Origin: a virus
Lineage: Duplodnaviria > Caudoviricetes
DNA: 39,330 nt
Direction: 5' to 3' (one strand)
Virus record (IMG/VR): IMGVR_UViG_3300043409_001052
Coordinates: 1-39,330 of that record
The notes beneath the pieces are model-generated. The model saw only the letters and a program-made list of their open reading frames with translations. It was not told the DNA's origin and did no database searches. Positions 36,934-39,330 of this stretch are shown here, piece after piece. The stretch's first letter is position 1; every line of letters starts with the position of its first letter. A program made the position numbers and the translations under genes.

Positions 36934-36999
36934 GCAACTAGGCCGCCCAAACAGTGATAGTAGTGCCACCCAACTCATCACAAAAAACGGCCTAGTTGC
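36934..36999. other. Long stem-loop between terL and the head operon
   Basis: Perfect 12-bp inverted repeat GCAACTAGGCCG/CGGCCTAGTTGC enclosing an inner GTGAT/ATCAC stem. Confidence 0.7.
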
Positions 37000-37004
37000 T
37001 AAAG

Positions 37005-38855
37005 TTATGATGCAGTTTCCTCCTTAGGCTTGTCAACAGTTTTTTCGTCTACGGCTGCATTTTTATTTTTACCTCGTCCAACCAGTTTGGCCATCAGTGC
37101 TGGAAGGATACCCATTACTTCGCAGTCCCACAAGTGATTGGCTCGTTCGCCTACCTGGATCCATATCGGACGGCCCGTTTCAGTGCGCGTACGGTGTTCT
37201 GACTGCATTTGCTTACGATACTCGTCTCCAGCATCTTCTGGGTAAGTATGGTCACCTTTACGGCGCAACCTAGTCAAAGTGTCTTTTAACACCAAGTTGG
37301 AGAATAAATAAAGTCTGCAAGCTTGTTTGCCAACCTGGATTATTTTGGCTGGCGCGTATGGTCGGTAAGCAATCTTGGTGCCGATAGGTGTTTGGATGCG
37401 CCATGGGAACTCTGCATTTCCAGAACCCTTAGTGGCGTTCCAACCAAACATAGCACAGTGACGGTAAACATCATCAACGTTAGGTCCGTCACCAGAGTCC
37501 ACGAATACAAACATATCTGAAACCTTAAGACGCTTCTGTTCGTCGCGTACTTGTTCCCAAGTGTCCAGGTACTGCCATCGGATCAACCGAGATTTACCAT
37601 CTATGCTCCACGAACGAACAACATAGAAAAAACCTTTACGCTGCACGTCAACGGACATAAACCGTGTAGGCAAGAATGTATGCTTGGCTTTCGTAGCTTC
37701 GTCAAACGGCGGGGCAGTGGCTCTGCCATCTACGTTGGCACCTTCTTCCTGCCATTCCTGTTCCATCATGTAACCGCTAGGCAAGATTTCTCCGCCTTCG
37801 TCATCTGGTTCATCACTCCAAGCAATTGCCAATCTCTTTTGCTTAAATTCCCTTCGCTTGGTCTCATCCCCTGTTTCTTCGAAAGCTTGAGCTGCCTCAA
37901 TGCACTCTACGGCAAGGTCACCCCACGACAAGCCCCAAAGCATTGTAAGGGCATTGAAGTGAAACCCTACGCGGCCTTTAGGCGCATTAGGATTAAGCGG
38001 AACGTACTCCGCGTCTTTAATCATTTCAGCACGTACGCTATTACGGTCTAAAAAACGATGGTCACATTTCTTACAAGCATAGGTGGTGTTCTCACGCACC
38101 ATGTCATAGTTCCATTGTCCTTCCTTCTTAGCGCCTTCTGGATACTTTATTTGCGACCATTCGAACGGTTGTCTTTCTGCGCAGTGTGGACACTTAAACA
38201 TCCACTCTCGTCTGTCAGTGGCATTAAATAAAGCTGTGAAATCGTCCCCTTCGTATCCACCTTGAGACACAAACAATGATTTCCCTTGCCAAGTAAATGC
38301 TGTACGTCGTGCCAGAGCTTCGGCGATATGTCCTTTAGGCCAGAGCCAGCACTCGTCGCCTCCAAGGTACCTAATGGAACGACCTTGTAAGTTTTTGACG
38401 TTGTGGGCGCCGAGGACCCAGGTGATGCTTCGTTCGAAGTGGGTTGCTGACCATTTGCTTTTGTCTTGGTTGTTGATCTTCCCGTAGGTTGATGGGGTAC
38501 TCTCCCAAATAGGTCGCAGACGAGTCTGTTGCCAATCTTGCGCGTTCGGGTCATTATCTCGCAGAAGTAATGTCGGTCCTGGGGCGCGGGCTGGAATGAA
38601 AGTAGACCATAGTTCAAGCAATGATGTTTTCCCACTTTGAACATTTGCGGGGACAACGATTGTTTCGGTTTCTGGATTCTGAAGTTCCCTAAGAATTGGC
38701 GCGAGGTAAGGCGTTGACTCAATTCTGAAGGGTCCAGGGTTGGGAGAGTACGGTATATTTTTAACATTGCGTTCAAGCCAAGTAACCATGTCCCCATCTG
38801 GATCTGGTGCAAGCACAGACCTTAGGACATCTTCAAAATCTTTCTCAACGCTCAT
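37005..38855 (-). CDS. terL: Terminase large subunit, lambda GpA family
   Basis: TPYL, VQSGKT, IRYLGGDE, CPHC and CKKC zinc motifs, VDVQ nuclease motif, NHLWDC. Confidence 0.93.
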   Translation of the reverse strand: MSVEKDFEDVLRSVLAPDPDGDMVTWLERNVKNIPYSPNPGPFRIESTPYLAPILRELQNPETETIVVPANVQSGKTSLLELWSTFIPARAPGPTLLLRDNDPNAQDWQQTRLRPIWESTPSTYGKINNQDKSKWSATHFERSITWVLGAHNVKNLQGRSIRYLGGDECWLWPKGHIAEALARRTAFTWQGKSLFVSQGGYEGDDFTALFNATDRREWMFKCPHCAERQPFEWSQIKYPEGAKKEGQWNYDMVRENTTYACKKCDHRFLDRNSVRAEMIKDAEYVPLNPNAPKGRVGFHFNALTMLWGLSWGDLAVECIEAAQAFEETGDETKRREFKQKRLAIAWSDEPDDEGGEILPSGYMMEQEWQEEGANVDGRATAPPFDEATKAKHTFLPTRFMSVDVQRKGFFYVVRSWSIDGKSRLIRWQYLDTWEQVRDEQKRLKVSDMFVFVDSGDGPNVDDVYRHCAMFGWNATKGSGNAEFPWRIQTPIGTKIAYRPYAPAKIIQVGKQACRLYLFSNLVLKDTLTRLRRKGDHTYPEDAGDEYRKQMQSEHRTRTETGRPIWIQVGERANHLWDCEVMGILPALMAKLVGRGKNKNAAVDEKTVDKPKEETAS

Positions 38856-39330
38856 CAGTGTTGGTTAAGCCGTCCTTGGCGTCTTCTGTCATGGATGACA
38901 GTCGGCCTAGTAGGGCATTCACTTCGTCCTCGATGGCTTTCATTGCTGTGCCAGGGTGATCTGGATTAGCTTTGGTAGCCATACGCTGACCCATCTGCGT
39001 TAGTTCGTTTCTTACGGTTACTAAAATCTTACTAAAAATAGAAATAGCTGTCTGTGTCTCAATGTACTTCTTTGCGGCGATATCCCTAGATTGCTTTTCT
39101 CGTTCAAGGGCAACCAGTGTTTTAACAAGCTTGTCGTACGTAGCGTATGACTTGGCCTGTTGGTTTGAGCGCTCTGCCAAGTCGTCTTCGTACTGCCTGT
39201 AAGCCAGTGCTTTTAACTGCCTGTGTTTATTTACAATTTCCGCAAAGGTAGAGTCATCGACTGTTTCGGTTTCCACGACTGAGCTTTCAAAGGCATCCGC
39301 GCCTCTTGCAGCCCGCCTTGAATTGTACCA
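38492..39330. repeat. Terminal overlap, copy 2
   Basis: Matches 1-839 at 817/839 positions. Confidence 0.97.
38845..39330 (-). CDS. terS: Terminase small subunit, 3' part (duplicate, cut by window edge)
   Basis: Identical to the 354-950 product except one S>A change. Confidence 0.88.
   Translation of the reverse strand, partial: WYNSRRAARGADAFESSVVETETVDDSTFAEIVNKHRQLKALAYRQYEDDLAERSNQQAKSYATYDKLVKTLVALEREKQSRDIAAKKYIETQTAISIFSKILVTVRNELTQMGQRMATKANPDHPGTAMKAIEDEVNALLGRLSSMTEDAKDGLTNTDER

Overview
The window is one complete, circularisable tailed-phage genome. The unit length is 38,491 bp: positions 1-839 recur at 38492-39330 with 22 mostly synonymous differences, which looks like two strain haplotypes. 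It has three blocks. (1) A minus-strand late arm in lambda-like order: terS, GpA-type terL, gpW-like gene, portal, S49 protease, scaffold, major capsid, connectors, tail tube, tape measure, two fibres, and a holin/lipoprotein lysis cassette with no endolysin. (2) A plus-strand replication/recombination arm (8082-19833): ATP-dependent ligase, lysozyme-like protein, phage Dam-family methyltransferase, RuvC-like resolvase, RecT/RecE-like pair, SSB-like protein, SF2 helicase, dNMP kinase, metallophosphoesterase and primase-helicase. (3) A high-GC minus-strand block of about 5.7 kb (ca. 2001-7740) carrying a MoxR-type AAA+ ATPase, a vWA-like partner and small orphan genes. Block 3 is the most unusual part. 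By hand count it has about 104 GATC sites in 5.1 kb, versus about 30 in 8000-20000. I found no AGCT, GTAC, CATG, ACGT, CTAG, GGNCC or GCWGC in it, although these are common elsewhere. It is bounded on one side by a palindrome cluster upstream of terS (candidate cos) and on the other by a perfect 248-bp (G-pyrimidine)124 tract. My hypothesis is that it is a restriction-purged, methylation-marked, first-injected segment. A 15-bp motif, TTGACT-N3-GGCTAC, precedes five late genes. I saw no integrase, repressor, DNA polymerase, tRNA or CRISPR array. All counts are by eye, and family calls rest on motif recognition rather than database searches.
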